Source: Squalus acanthias (Eukaryota). From it: a stretch of DNA of 64,000 nt. The position numbers were made by a program, and so were the translations under genes. Every line of letters starts with the position of its first letter. Positions within the stretch are counted from its first letter, which is position 1. Under the pieces are notes generated by a model, which made no database searches, was not told where the DNA came from, and saw nothing but the letters and a program-made list of their open reading frames with translations. The stretch spans positions 114,082,001-114,146,000 of the forward strand of contig CM059432.1 of the NCBI GenBank assembly GCA_030390025.1, written 5' to 3'. Of this stretch, positions 51,309 to 63,082 are shown in pieces.

Positions 51309-54300
51309 CAGTGTGTGTTCTCTCTCTCTCTCTCTCTCTCTCACTCCACCAGTTTGTGGTGTTCTCTCTCTCACTCTCTCTCTCTCCCTCCACCAGTTTG
51401 TGGTGTTCTCTCTCTCTCTCTCTCTCTCCACCAGTTTGTGTTGTTCTCTCTCTCTCTCCACCAGTTTGTGGCGTTCTCTCTCTCTCTCTCTCTCTCCCTC
51501 CACCAGTTTGTGGTGTTCTCTCTCTCTCTCTCTCTCTCTCCACCAGTTTGTGTTGTTCTCTCTCTCTCTCTCTCTCCACCAGTTTGTGTTGTTCTCTCTC
51601 TCTCCACCAGTTTGTGTTGTTCTCTCTCTCTCTCTCTCTCTCCACCAGTTTGTGTTGTTCTCTCTCTCTCTCTCTCTCCACCAGTTTGTGTTGTTCTCTC
51701 TCTCTCTCTCTCTCCACCAGTTTGTGTTGGTCTCTCTCTCTCTCCCTCCACCAGTTTGTGTTGTTCTCTCTCTCTCTCCCTCCACCAGTTTGTGGTGTTC
51801 TCTCTCTCTCTCTCTCTCCCTCCACCAGTTTGTGTTGTTCTCTCTCTCTCTCTCTACCAGTTTGTGTTGTTCTCTCTCTCTCTCTCTCTCTCTCCCTCCA
51901 CCAGTTTGTGGTGTTCTCTCTCTCTCCACCAGTTTGTGGTGTTCTCTCTCTCTCTCTCTCTCCACCAGTTTGTGTTGTTCTCTCTCTCTCTCTCTCTCCA
52001 CCAGTTTGTGTTGTTCTCTCTCTCCACCAGTTTGTGTTGTTCTCTCTCTCTCTCTCTCCACCAGTTTGTGTTGTTCTCTCTCTCTCCCTCCCCAGTTTGT
52101 GGTGTTCTCTCTCTCTCTCCCTCCACCAGTTTGTGGTGTTCTCTCTCTCTCTCTCTCTCTCCCTCCACCAGTTTGTGGTGTTCTCTCTCTCTCTCTCTCC
52201 CTCCACCAGTTTGTGGTGTTCTCTCTCTCTCTCTCCCTCCACCAGTTTGTGGTGTTCTCTCTCTCTCTCTCTCCCTCCACCAATTTGTGGTGTTCTCTCT
52301 CTCTCTCCCTCCACCAGTTTGAGGTGTTCTCTCTCTCTCTCTCTCCCTACACCAGTTTGTGGTGTTCTCTCTCTCTCTCTCCCTCCACCAGTTTGTGGTG
52401 TTCTCTCTCTCTCTCCCTCCACCAGTTTGTGTTGTTCTCTCTCTCTCCCTCCACCAGCTTGTGGTGTTCTCTCTCTCTCTCTCTCTCTCCCTCCCCCAGC
52501 TTGTGTTGTTCTCTCTCTCTCTCTCCCTCCCTCCCCCAGCTTGTGTTGTTCTCTCTCTCTCTCCCTCCCCCAGCTTGTGTTGTTCTCTCTCTCTCTCCCT
52601 CCCCCAGCTTGTGTTGTTCTCTCTCTCTCTCCCTCCCTCCACCAGTTTGTGGTGTTCTCTCTCTCTCTCTCTCTCTCCCTCCACCAGTTTGTGGTGTTCT
52701 CTCTCTCTCCCTCCACCAGTTTGTTGTGTTCTCTCTCTCTCTCCCTCCACCAGTTTGTGGTGTTCTCTCTCTCTCTCCCTCCACCAGCTTGTGTTGTTCT
52801 CTCTCTCTCTCTCTCCCCCAGCTTGTCTTGTTCTCTCTCTCTCTCCCTCCCCCAGCTTGTCTTGTTCTCTCTCTCTCTCCCTCCCCCAGTTTGTCTTGTT
52901 CTCTCTCTCCCTCCCCCAGCTTGTGTTGTTCTCTCCCTCCCTCCCCCAGCTTGTGTTGTTCTCTCTCTCTCTCTCGCTCCCCCAGCTTGTGTTGTTCTCT
53001 CTCTCTCCCTCCCTCCCCCAGTTTGTGTTGTTCTCTCTCTCTCCCTCCCTCCCCCAGCTTGTGTTGTTCTCTCTCTCTCTCCCTCCCCAGCTTGTCTTCG
53101 TTCTCTCTCTCTCTCCCTCCCCCAGCTTGTCTTCGTTCTCTCTCTCTCCCTCCCCCAGCTTGTGTTGTTCTCTCTCTCTCTCTCTCCCTCCCCCAGTTTG
53201 TGGTGTTCTCTCTCTCCCCCTCCCCCAGTTTGTGGTGTTCTCTCTCTCTCTCCACCAGTTTGTGGCGTTCTCTCTCTCTCTCCACCAGTTTGTGGCGTTC
53301 TCTCTCTCTCTCTCTCTCTCCACCAGTTTGTGTTGTTCTCTCTCTCTCTCCACCAGTTTGTGGCGTTCTCTCTCTCTCTCTCTCTCTCCCTCCACCAGTT
53401 TGTGGTGTTCTCTCTCTCTCTCTCTCTCTCTCCACCAGTTTGTGTTGTTCTCTCTCTCTCTCTCCACCAGTTTGTGTTGTTCTCTCTCTCTCTCTCTCTC
53501 CACCAGTTTGTGTTGTTCTCTCTCTCTCTCTCTCTCCACCAGTTTGTGTTGTTCTCTCTCTCTCTCTCTCTCCACCAGTTTGTGTTGTTCTCTCTCTCTC
53601 TCTCTCCACCAGTTTGTGTTGTTCTCTCTCTCTCTCTCTCTCCACCAGTTTGTGTTGTTCTCTCTCTCTCTCCCTCCACCAGTTTGTGTTGTTCTCTCTC
53701 TCTCTCTCTCCACTAGTTTGTGTTGTTCTCTCTCTCTCTCTCTCTCTCTCCCTCCACCAGTTTGTGGTGTTCTCTCTCTCTCTCTCTCTCTCTCCCTCCA
53801 CCAGTTTGTGTTGTTCTCTCTCTCTCTCTCTACCAGTTTGTGTTGTTCTCTCTCTCTCTCTCTCTCTCCCTCCACCAGTTTGTGGTGTTCTCTCTCTCTC
53901 CACCAGTTTGTGGTGTTCTCTCTCTCTCTCTCTCTCTCCACCAGTTTGTGTTGTTCTCTCTCTCTCTCCCTCCACCAGTTTGTGTTGTTCTCTCTCTCTC
54001 TCTCTCTCCACCAGTTTGTGTTGTTCTCTCTCTCCACCAGTTTGTGTTGTTCTCTCTCTCTCTCTCTCCACCAGTTTGTGTTGTTCTCTCTCTCTCTCCC
54101 TCCCCAGTTTGTGGTGTTCTCTCTCTCTCTCCCTCCACCAGTTTGTGGTGTTCTCTCTCTCTCTCTCTCTCTCCCTCCACCAGTTTGTGGTGTTCTCTCT
54201 CTCTCTCTCTCTCTCCCTCCACCAGTTTGTGTTGTTCTCTCTCTCTCTCTCTCTCCACCAGTTTGTGTTGTTCTCTCTCTCTCTCTCCCTCCACCAGTTT

Positions 54301-57245
54301 GTGTTGTTCTCTCTCTCTCCCTCCACCAGCTTGTGGTGTTCTCTCTCTCTCTCTCTCTCCCTCCCCCAGCTTGTGTTGTTCTCTCTCTCTCTCCCTCCCT
54401 CCCCCAGCTTGTGTTGTTCTCTCTCTCTCTCTCTCCCTCCCCCAGCTTGTGTTGTTCTCTCTCTCTCTCTCTCTCCCTCCCCCAGCTTGTGTTGTTCTCT
54501 CTCTCTCTCCCTCCCCCAGCTTGTGTTGTTCTCTCTCTCTCTCCCTCCCCCAGCTTGTGTTGTTCTCTCTCTCTCCCTCCACCAGTTTGTGTTGTTCTCT
54601 CTCCCTCCCTCCACCAGTTTGTGGTGTTCTCTCTCTCTCTCTCTCTCTCCCTCCACCAGTTTGTGTTGTTCTCTCTCCCTCCCTCCACCAGTTTGTGGTG
54701 TTCTCTCTCTCTCTCTCTCTCTCCCTCCACCAGTTTGTGGTGTTCTCTCTCTCTCCCTCCACCAGTTTGTGGTGTTCTCTCTCTCTCTCCCTCCACCAGC
54801 TTGTGTTGTTCTCTCTCTCTCTCTCTCCCCCAGCTTGTCTTGTTCTCTCTCTCTCTCCCTCCCCCAGCTTGTCTTGTTCTCTCTCTCTCTCCCTCCCCCA
54901 GTTTGTCTTGTTCTCTCTCTCCCTCCCCCAGCTTGTGTTGTTCTCTCTCTCTCTCTCGCTCCCCCAGCTTGTGTTGTTCTCTCTCTCTCCCTCCCTCCCC
55001 CAGCTTGTGTTGTTCTCTCTCTCTCTCCCTCCCCAGCTTGTCTTCGTTCTCTCTCTCTCTCCCTCCCCCAGCTTGTGTTGTTCTCTCTCTCTCTCTCCCC
55101 CAGCTTGTGTTGTTCTCTCTCTCTCTCTCTCTCTCTCCCTCCCCCAGCTTGTGTTGTTCTCTCTCTCTCTCTCCCCCTCCCCCAGTTTGTGTTGTTCTCT
55201 CTCTCTCTCTCCCCCAGCTTGTGTTGTTCTCTCTCTCTCCCTCCCCCAGTTTGTGTTGTTCTCTCTCTCTCCCTCCCCCAGTTTGTGTTGTTCTCTCTCT
55301 CTCTCTCCCCCAGCTTGTGTTGTTCTCTCTCTCTCCCTCCCCCAGTTTGTGTTGTTCTCTCTCTCTCCCTCCCCCAGTTTGTGTTGTTCTCTCTCTCTCC
55401 CTCCCCCAGCTTGTGTTGTTCTCTCTCTCTCCCTCCCCCAGCTTGTGTTGTTCTCTCTCTCTCTCTCTCCCTCCCCCAGTTTGTGGTGTTCTCTCTCTCT
55501 CTCTCTCTCTCTCCCTCCCCCAGCTTGTGTTGTTCTCTCTCTCTCTCTCTCCCTCCCCCAGTTTGTGGTGTTCTCTCTCTCTCTCTCTCTCCCTCCCCCA
55601 GCTTGTGTTGTTCTCTCTCTCTCTCTCCCCCTCCCCCAGTTTGTGTTGTTCTCTCTCTCTCCCTCCCCCAGCTTGTGTTGTTCTCTCTCTCTCTCTCTCC
55701 CTCCCCCAGTTTGTGGTGTTCTCTCTCTCTCTCTCTCTCTCCCCCTCCCCCAGTTTGTGGTGTTCTCTCTCTCTCTCTCTCTCCCCCTCCCCCAGTTTGT
55801 GGTGTTCTCGTGCTCTTTCTCTCTCTCTCCCCCTCCCCCAGTTTGTGGTGTTCTCTCTCTCTCTCTCTCTCTCCCTCCCCCAGTTTGTGGTGTTCTCTCT
55901 CTCTCTCTCTCTCCCTCCCCCAGTTTGTGGTGTTCTCTCTCTCTCTCTCCCCCTCCCCCAGTTTGTGGTGTTCCCTCTCTCTCTCTCTCTCTCTCCCCCT
56001 CCCCCAGTTTGTGGTGTTCTCTCTCTCTCTCTCTCTCTCCCTCCCCCAGTTTGTGGTGTTCTCTCTCTCTCTCTCTCCCTCCCCCAGTTTGTGGTGTTCT
56101 CTCTCTCCCCCTCCCCCAGTTTGTGGTGTTCTCTCTCTCTCTCTCTCTCTCTCTCCCTCCCCCAGTTTGTGTTGTTCTCTCTCTCTCTCTCTCTCTCCCT
56201 CCCCCAGTTTGTGTTGTTCTCTCTCTCTCTCTCTCCCTCCCCCAGTTTGTGTTGTTCTCTCTCTCTCTCTCTCCCTCCCCCAGTTTGTGGTGTTCTCTCT
56301 CTCTCTCTCTCCGTCCCCCAGTTTGTGGTGTTCTCTCTCTCTCTCTCTCTCTCCCTCCCCCAGTTTGTGTTGTTCTCTCTCTCTCTCTCTCCCTCCCCCA
56401 GTTTGTGTTGTTCTCTCTCTCTCTCTCTCCCTCCCCCAGTTTGTGGTGTTCTCTCTCTCTCTCTCTCCGTCCCCCAGTTTGTGGTGTTCTCTCTCTCTCT
56501 CTCTCCCTCCCCCAGTTTGTGGTGTTCTCTCTCTCTCTCTCTCTCTCCCTCCCCCAGTTTGTGGTGTTCTCTCTCTCTCCCTCCCCCAGTTTGTGGTGTT
56601 CTCTCTCTCTCTCTCTCTCTCTCCCTCCCCCAGTTTGTGTTGTTCTCTCTCTCTCTCTCTCCGTCCCCCAGTTTGTGTTGTTCTCTCTCTCTCTCTCTCC
56701 CTCCCCCAGTTTGTGGTGTTCTCTCTCTCTCTCTCTCCCTCCCCCAGTTTGTGGTGTTCTCTCTCTCTCTCTCTCTCTCCCTCCCCCAGTTTGTGGTGTT
56801 CTCTCTCTCTCCCTCCCCCAGTTTGTGGTGTTCTCTCTCTCTCTCTCTCTCCCCCTCCCCCAGTTTGTGTTGTTCTCTCTCTCTCTCTCTCCCTCCCCCA
56901 GTTTGTGGTGTTCTCTCTCTCTCTCTCTCTCTCCCAGTTTGTGTTGTGCTCTCTCTCTCTCTCTCCCTCCCCCAGTTTGTGGTGTTCTCTCTCTCTCTCT
57001 CTCTCTCTCCCTCCCCCAGTTTGTGGTGTTCTCTCTCTCTCTCTCTCTCTCTCTCCCTCCCCCAGTTTGTGGTGTTCTCTCTCTCTCCCTCCACCAGTTT
57101 GTGGTGTTCTCTCTCTCTCTCTCCCCCTCCCCCAGTTTGTGGTTTTCTCTGTCTGTCTCTCCCTCCCCCAGTTTGTGGTGTTCGCTCACTCTCTCCCTCC
57201 ACCAGTTTGTGTTGCTCTCTCTCTCCCTCCCCCAGTTGCTCTCTC
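44987..57245. repeat. 12.2-kb compound satellite [CCAGYTTGTGKTGTT(CT)n(CCCT)CCM]
   Basis: Directly visible; unit length about 28-45 bp because the (CT)n tract varies. Confidence 0.98.
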
Positions 57246-57561
57246 AGGACTGAGTTTCCAGGCGATTTTCGTTGGCCCCGATGCCGTCGCCGTCATCCTC
57301 ACAACTGCCAATGAAGCGGTGTGTTTCTGAATAATGGGGTGGGGTGGGGGGGGGGGGGCGGCGGCAGCAGGTCTTAGACAACAGGGTTTGGTTGACAAAT
57401 ATGGCAACCAATTTGCGTACAGCAAGGCCCCAAAAATATCAAATTAGATAAATGACCCATTAATTGGTTTTGGTGGTGTGGGCTGAGGAATAAATGTTGA
57501 CCAGAGCACAAGGACAACTCCCTTCCCTGCCCTTCTTTGAATAGCTCTTTTTTATGCACGT

Positions 57562-58020
57562 GTCAACTGTGGCTCTGTGGGTAGCACACTTGCCTCTGAA
57601 TCAGAAGGTTGTGGGTTCAAGTCCCACACCGGGGACTTAAGCACATAAATCTAGGCTGACACTCCAGTGCCGGTACTGAGGGAGTGCTGCACTGTCGGAG
57701 GTGCCGTCTTTCAGATGAGACGTTAAACCGAGGCCCCGTCTGCTCTCTCATGTGGACGTAAAAGATCCCATATTTCGAAGAAGAGCAAGGGAGTTATCCC
57801 CAGTGTCATGACCAATATTTATCCTTCAACCAACATAACAAAAAACAGATTATCTGGTCATTATCACATTGCTGTTTGTGGGAGCTTGCTGTGTGCAGAT
57901 TGGCTGCCGCGTTTCCTACATTACAACAGTAACTCTACTTCATTGGTTGTAAAGCGCTTTGTGACGTCCAGTGGTTGTGAAAGGCGCTATATAAAATAAA
58001 AGTCTGTCTTTCTTTTCTTT
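57562..58020 (+). mobile_element. DeuSINE (SacSINE1-like), near full length, followed by an inverted partial copy to about 58170
   Basis: tRNA-like head and Deu-like core GCACTGTCGGAGGTGCCGTCTTTCAGATGAGACGTTAAACCGAGG; similar to 35395-35830. Confidence 0.82.
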
Positions 58021-58835
58021 TCACCTGAATAGGCAGGCAGGGCCTCAATTTAACATCTGATCTGAAAGACGGCACTTCCAACAATTCAGTACTGCACAGA
58101 AGTGGCAGTCTAGATTATGTGCCCAAGTTCTGGAGTGGGACTTTAACCCATAACCTCTTGACTCAGAAATCTATTGCTGACTCTGTCTTTTGAACCTCCA
58201 GTGCATCCCCTCTTTACAAGCCAACTACCTGGACTATCGATGTATTACCTCATGGTTCACTGTGCTGAAGCTGCAGCCCATGCACCAATACATTTTTTTT
58301 TAAAGAGGAAAATCCATCTGATCCTTATCAAGTTTTGAAGAAAATCTTCCACATTGCAAGTAAAAAAAGTCATAGCATATCTCGGCCTAATGCCTCACTG
58401 ACTGCAGCAACTATAAGACAATCGCCCTTTGTAGCAAGTTTTAAGACAAATTAACGTGGGTATGACATATTGCTGTCATGTTCTGTGAATGATGTAGTAG
58501 TTCTCCACTCGAGAGTCTCTACATTTTTGCTACAATAGCTGACTTGCGGACGTGGGCGATGGGTCTGTGCTTCCCAGAATGCAGTCGCAGTGCTATATTT
58601 ACAGCTTACTGAATAAAGATAATGAGCTGAAATGAGGGAGGGAGAATATAAACTGTCACAATGACGCTGAAAGTCACTTACACTGTAGAACAGATGCACT
58701 GCATTAGCTGTGTACCTGTACAATGTCACAATGTTTCGAGCTTGCTTCCCAAACTGTAATTGAATTTATTAGCAGCCGAAGTATCATTTTGGATGAGGAT
58801 TATTCGTTTTAACACAAAATATCAGTGCTGCTTAC

Positions 58836-58948
58836 CCATGGATGGTGTCGCTAATGTCTGACGTCCAACCATCTGGGCTGGGCCAAGGCCATCCAGAAAA
58901 TCACTGAATTGGCTGTCTGATGCCAATCGAACACCAGGAAAGATCAGG
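58836..58948 (-). CDS. RIMS2: RIM2 exon (113 nt)
   Basis: ag|LIFPGVRLASDSQFSDFLDGLGPAQMVGRQTLATPSM|gt. Confidence 0.95.
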
Positions 58949-59248
58949 CTATGAGGAAAATAAGTGCAAGAAAAGAGGAAACTGAGTGTTACATTTAGTA
59001 ATCCTGAAGACCTGGAAATGTGATCTTGTGCTAAAGATTAATTTTTCATCTCAACAGTGAAATGTGTGCTGTAATTTATATTTCTTGATCTTTATATTTA
59101 TGCAATGAGATGTATATATTGGTGAGGTTTGGTAACGTCTCATATTTGCATTCATTAATACCATTATATGCCATACCTAGTTCAGTGATGTGTAAGTAGA
59201 TAAAAACTTTTTAAAAACCCTCCTAACTTTCAACCACAGAGAAAATTG

Positions 59249-59908
59249 GGGGGCTAAATTCGGTTCATTTGCACCTCCCGTTAGCGCCCTAAGAGGGCAC
59301 TAACGGGGCGCAAATCAACTAGCGCCTGGGCACGGTGCCGCTAACGCCACCCGCGAAATTCAGCGGGAGGTAAGCGGCGGCGCTAGCGATGACATAATTG
59401 CCATGCACCGCGCCCCTGCTCGCGCCCCGGCTGTAACATTGGGTGGCGCCCCCTGAATTACCGCCGGACGCTACGTCGGCCGGGGTCAGGGGGGCCTACC
59501 TGCGGCCTGCCCCTGTTGCTGTCCCCGGCCCCCGTGAAGTCCCCCCGCGGAGTGCTGGCTGCTCTCCGTGAGCCCGGCACTCCTCATGAGTGCCGGGCTC
59601 GTTTGCCGGCACTCCCGATCCCTGGTGGTCCAGCTGGGCGCCGGGACGCGCTGCACTAGGCCCCTCCCCTTTAAGGGGAGGAAGGCCTGCAGTACCGCGG
59701 CGCAATGTGCCGCAGCGTGATGTAGTGCCGCGATATTGTCTCGCAGCGCCCCAAGAGGGACACGAGGCGCTTCCAGTAGCGCCCTTCCTCCCTCTCGGGG
59801 CGCTACCTGGGAAAACCGGCCACGGGGCCGCTAACTTTTTTGGGGAGCTAAAGTTAGCGCCCTGGCGAAGGTAGTGCCCCAAAGGGGGCGCTACCCAATT
59901 TTTACCCC
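59249..59908 (+). mobile_element. GC-rich Harbinger-family MITE
   Basis: TIRs GGGGGCTAAATTCGGT / GGGGTAAAAATTGGGT; TSD TTG (59246-59248, 59909-59911). Confidence 0.85.
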
Positions 59909-60204
59909 TTGGTTTCCTAATAAAGCCTAGACCTAGAATAACAGTCCAATGAGTGGATGGCAGAATCATTATTTTTTTAAACAGGTTCAGATTCCCTCCT
60001 TTTAAGGTATTTTACTTTCTGACCATTGCTTAATCTCTGAGTCATAAGTCATCTGTGGCCAAGCGGGTACAACTCTACTAGTGTCGCTCCAAACTGGTTG
60101 CTAAGGGCCTCAACAGCAACCCAGAAATGACTGCCGTACTAATTTTCCTATTCACCTTTTGGGGAAGTATCTGGCTTCCCTTTCCTGTCACCCCATGATG
60201 GTAA

Positions 60205-60423
60205 GAACAGGAGGTTGGACAGGGTGGATGCTGAGAGGATGTTTCCTCTCCTGAGGGAATCTAGAACGAGGGGCATATATATTCAAGGCTGTTACATATA
60301 GATTCAAGGCTGAGATAGACAGATTTTTGAGCAACACAGGCGTCAAGGGTTATGGGGAACAGCCATGATCTCATTAAATGGGCTGAATGGCCTGCTCCTG
60401 CTCCAATTTCTTATGTTCTTATG
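60205..60423 (+). mobile_element. Deleted CR1 3' fragment
   Basis: GLDRVDAERMFPL..ESRTRG plus TTCTTATG tail. Confidence 0.7.
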
Positions 60424-60625
60424 ATCAGGCCTGCATTGTGCCTCAGTGGGTGCATAGCTCTCGCTGTCAGGGCTCATTCATGAAGAATGGCCTCACCAGT
60501 GTGAGGCAGCAACTAGAGGAGAGGGGAGGGAATATGGGGAGAAAATTGGACAAGAATTCTAATTTGAGTGAGTACACAAGGAGCTTTAACATGTTGTGAT
60601 GGCTAGTCTTACTGTACCCATCATG

Positions 60626-60849
60626 ATGCGGAGATGCCGGTGTTGGACTGGGGTGGACAAAAATGAGAAGTCGCACAACACCAGGTTATAGTCCAACAGT
60701 TTTATTTAAAATTACGAGCTTTCGGAGCTCCGCTCCTTCTTCAGGTACAGTCCTGTACCTGTTCCTGAAGAAGGAGCGGAGCTCCGAAAGCTCGTAATTT
60801 TAAATAAAACTGTTGGACTATAACCTGGTGTTGTGCGACTTCTCATTTT
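60626..60849. mobile_element. Penelope-type inverted terminal-repeat insertion forming a palindrome
   Basis: Perfect arms 60657-60745 and 60764-60852; TSD TGTACCCATCATG (60613-60625, 60850-60862); same family as 43585-43672. Confidence 0.8.
60713..60747 (-). ncRNA. Minimal hammerhead ribozyme motif (mirror copy on + at about 60762-60796 with a broken stem I)
   Basis: TAC-CTGAAGA-A-GGAGC(GGA)GCTCC-GAAA-GC-TC-GTA. Confidence 0.65.
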
Positions 60850-61324
60850 TGTACCCATCATGTTCACTGTGCACATCTGGTTGACATATCCTGGAAATTA
60901 CCGTGAACCGTGTCAGTGTACGAACGCTTAATGTACTTGTATCACACTCCTCTCTCTGCTACTTTAGAGGTGGTGTTAATGCATGGCTTAACTGCTCTAT
61001 TGGGATAGCAAAGGGAGGAATTAGATACAAACTTGTTGAGGGTTTTCTGGTAACAATGTCCAGGCTTAAAATCTTACAGTAGCACCACACCATTAACACA
61101 ATGTTCACTAAATATTTTGATACTTCAGTTTCATTGTAATTGGGTCAATAGTTACCTATATTTATTTGCAGATGATTGTGATCTTATAAAGGCTGAAGTT
61201 GAGCGTACTGGGGAATTTAACGTGTGTAACTTGCACCAAAAGTGTTAGTATCGTTCGATATGGAATAAACTTAAAGCCAAACTACATTCTCTCACATTGT
61301 TAGTTAACTCTGATATAAAACACA

Positions 61325-62045
61325 GGCCTCGGTTGGAGTACTGTGTCCAGTTTTGGTCTCCTCACATGGTGGGTGATATTGAGGCTTTGGAAAGGGCGCA
61401 GAGGAGGAGCCACTCGACTAATTCCCAGTTTAAAGCATCTTAGTTATCAAGATAGGCTAAAAGAGTTGGGACTCTACACTTCAGAGAAGCGTAGACTTAG
61501 GGATGATCTGATTGAGATTTGTAAGATGATGAAGGGAATAGATTGTGTTCCAGTTGACAGTTTGTTTCAATTAAATAGGTTAGGGAGGACCAGGAGTCAC
61601 AATTTAAAGTTGTATAAGGCCAGATCTAGGTTAGATGTCAGTAGATGATTCCTTCCCCAGAGAATAGCGGACCTCTGGAACAGGCTGTCGTCTCGTGCGG
61701 TGGATGCTGAGTCGCTGAATTCCCTCAAGCGAGAGCTGGACCTGTTTCTGGCTGGGGCGGAGATCACCTCTTACAGAAGGTAGCTACTGCAGGGAATTCA
61801 GGGTCAGAGAAATCTCTTGAACTAGTTTTGATTACCTAAATGGGTCGGAGAGGAATTTCCCAGATTTTTTTCCCCCCAAATTGGCCTGGGTTTTTTATCT
61901 TTTTTCGCCTCTCCCAGGATATCACATGGTTTCGGGTAGGTGGAGAGTGTATATATTGTGCTACACAAGGTATCACAATTGTGTGGGACAGGCTGAATGG
62001 GCCAGAGGGTCTTTACCTGTCCGTCATTGTTCGTATGCTCGTATA
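61325..62045 (+). mobile_element. CR1 3' fragment with long 3' UTR
   Basis: RPRLEYCVQFWSP, LSYQDRLKELGLYTSEKRRLRDDLIE; TCGTATG-type tail. Confidence 0.82.
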
Positions 62046-62319
62046 CCATAAGCAGCCTTTCGCACACCAACAATTTCCACTCCATTGATGTTTCTGAATT
62101 AGCAGAGTATAAGAATGTAGGCATAGGGCCAGGCCATTTGGTCCATCCACTGAACCAGGTCTCTTTTGATGGTTTGATCTGTCCATTTCCACAGAATGCT
62201 CGAGTCAGGGTAGTTTAGTGATGGGGAACATTGTGATGTGGAACATAAGTTCGTGCCCCAGCACTGTGTAATGTTGTTGAAACATTGTAACGTGGAGTTC
62301 ATCATTATACTGAACTTAC

Positions 62320-62461
62320 TTTCCCTCTGAACTGTAGCTGTTCATGCTCCCATCAGTAGACTCGCGACTTGGTTGCCGGGTCATCCGATTTCTCATTTCA
62401 ACTGCCAATCCAGTTTCTGTACTGCGCTGGATGGTACTTCGTAGCTTCTTCCCTCCAGCCT
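62320..62461 (-). CDS. RIMS2: RIM2 exon (142 nt); the gene continues beyond the window
   Basis: ag|AGGKKLRSTIQRSTETGLAVEMRNRMTRQPSRESTDGSMNSYSSEG(N)|gt. Confidence 0.95.
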
Positions 62462-63082
62462 CTGCGGAAATAAGAATGGGAAGATTCTATGTTACATAAT
62501 CTCTAGAACTCTGTATCAGTGTTTTATCAGGTAGTGGAGTCCAATCCTGAAAAGGAGGTGATCTTCTACCTACTTGCCCTTTCACATAAACTATATTTGT
62601 TTCTATAGTTTAACAGAGTTTATACTATGAAAAAATACCTACTGGGGCATAATGGTCAACAAAAGAATGGCCACTTCTCAGCAGAAGCGGCTCCTTGCTT
62701 TTAATATTTGTAACACCGTGACCCTCCATCCTTTAGGCTCATTCTGCTTCACTTTGTGACTGTTTCCAACTACATCCTTCTTGGATTGAATTAATTGACC
62801 AGTTACAGAAAGAACTCAAATACAATGAGATTCAATCTCAAAACTGAGGGAATATTTCCTCTGTGTGCTATGTGCAATGAAAATGTTAACACATTCTTTC
62901 TAAATAGGTTTATGAGTTTGTTACACAACAGTTATAGAAAATCTTCCGCACTGCCAATTATTTACACTGTCCAGGCAGGATGGGGTTTCAGGTTAGTAGC
63001 ATAACTGTTAATTTTAGAATTAAAAACAGAACATGCTGGAAATACTCAGCAGGTCAGGCAGCATCTGTGGAGAGAGAAACAG

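Noticed and set aside
44912..57330. Giant ORFs (up to 2896 aa) on both strands
   Set aside because: They are translations of the stop-poor (CT)n satellite, open in nearly all frames and low-complexity.
43940..57412. A single hAT-like element (GGTTGCCA ends) enclosing the satellite
   Set aside because: The match is only 8 bp, adjacent bases differ and there is no 8-bp TSD.
32552..62461. Assignment to RIMS1, RIMS3 or RIMS4
   Set aside because: GMMDKKG, AGGKKLRST, VRLASDSQ and the GPSYxRS ending fit recalled RIMS2 better; phylogeny or synteny would be decisive.
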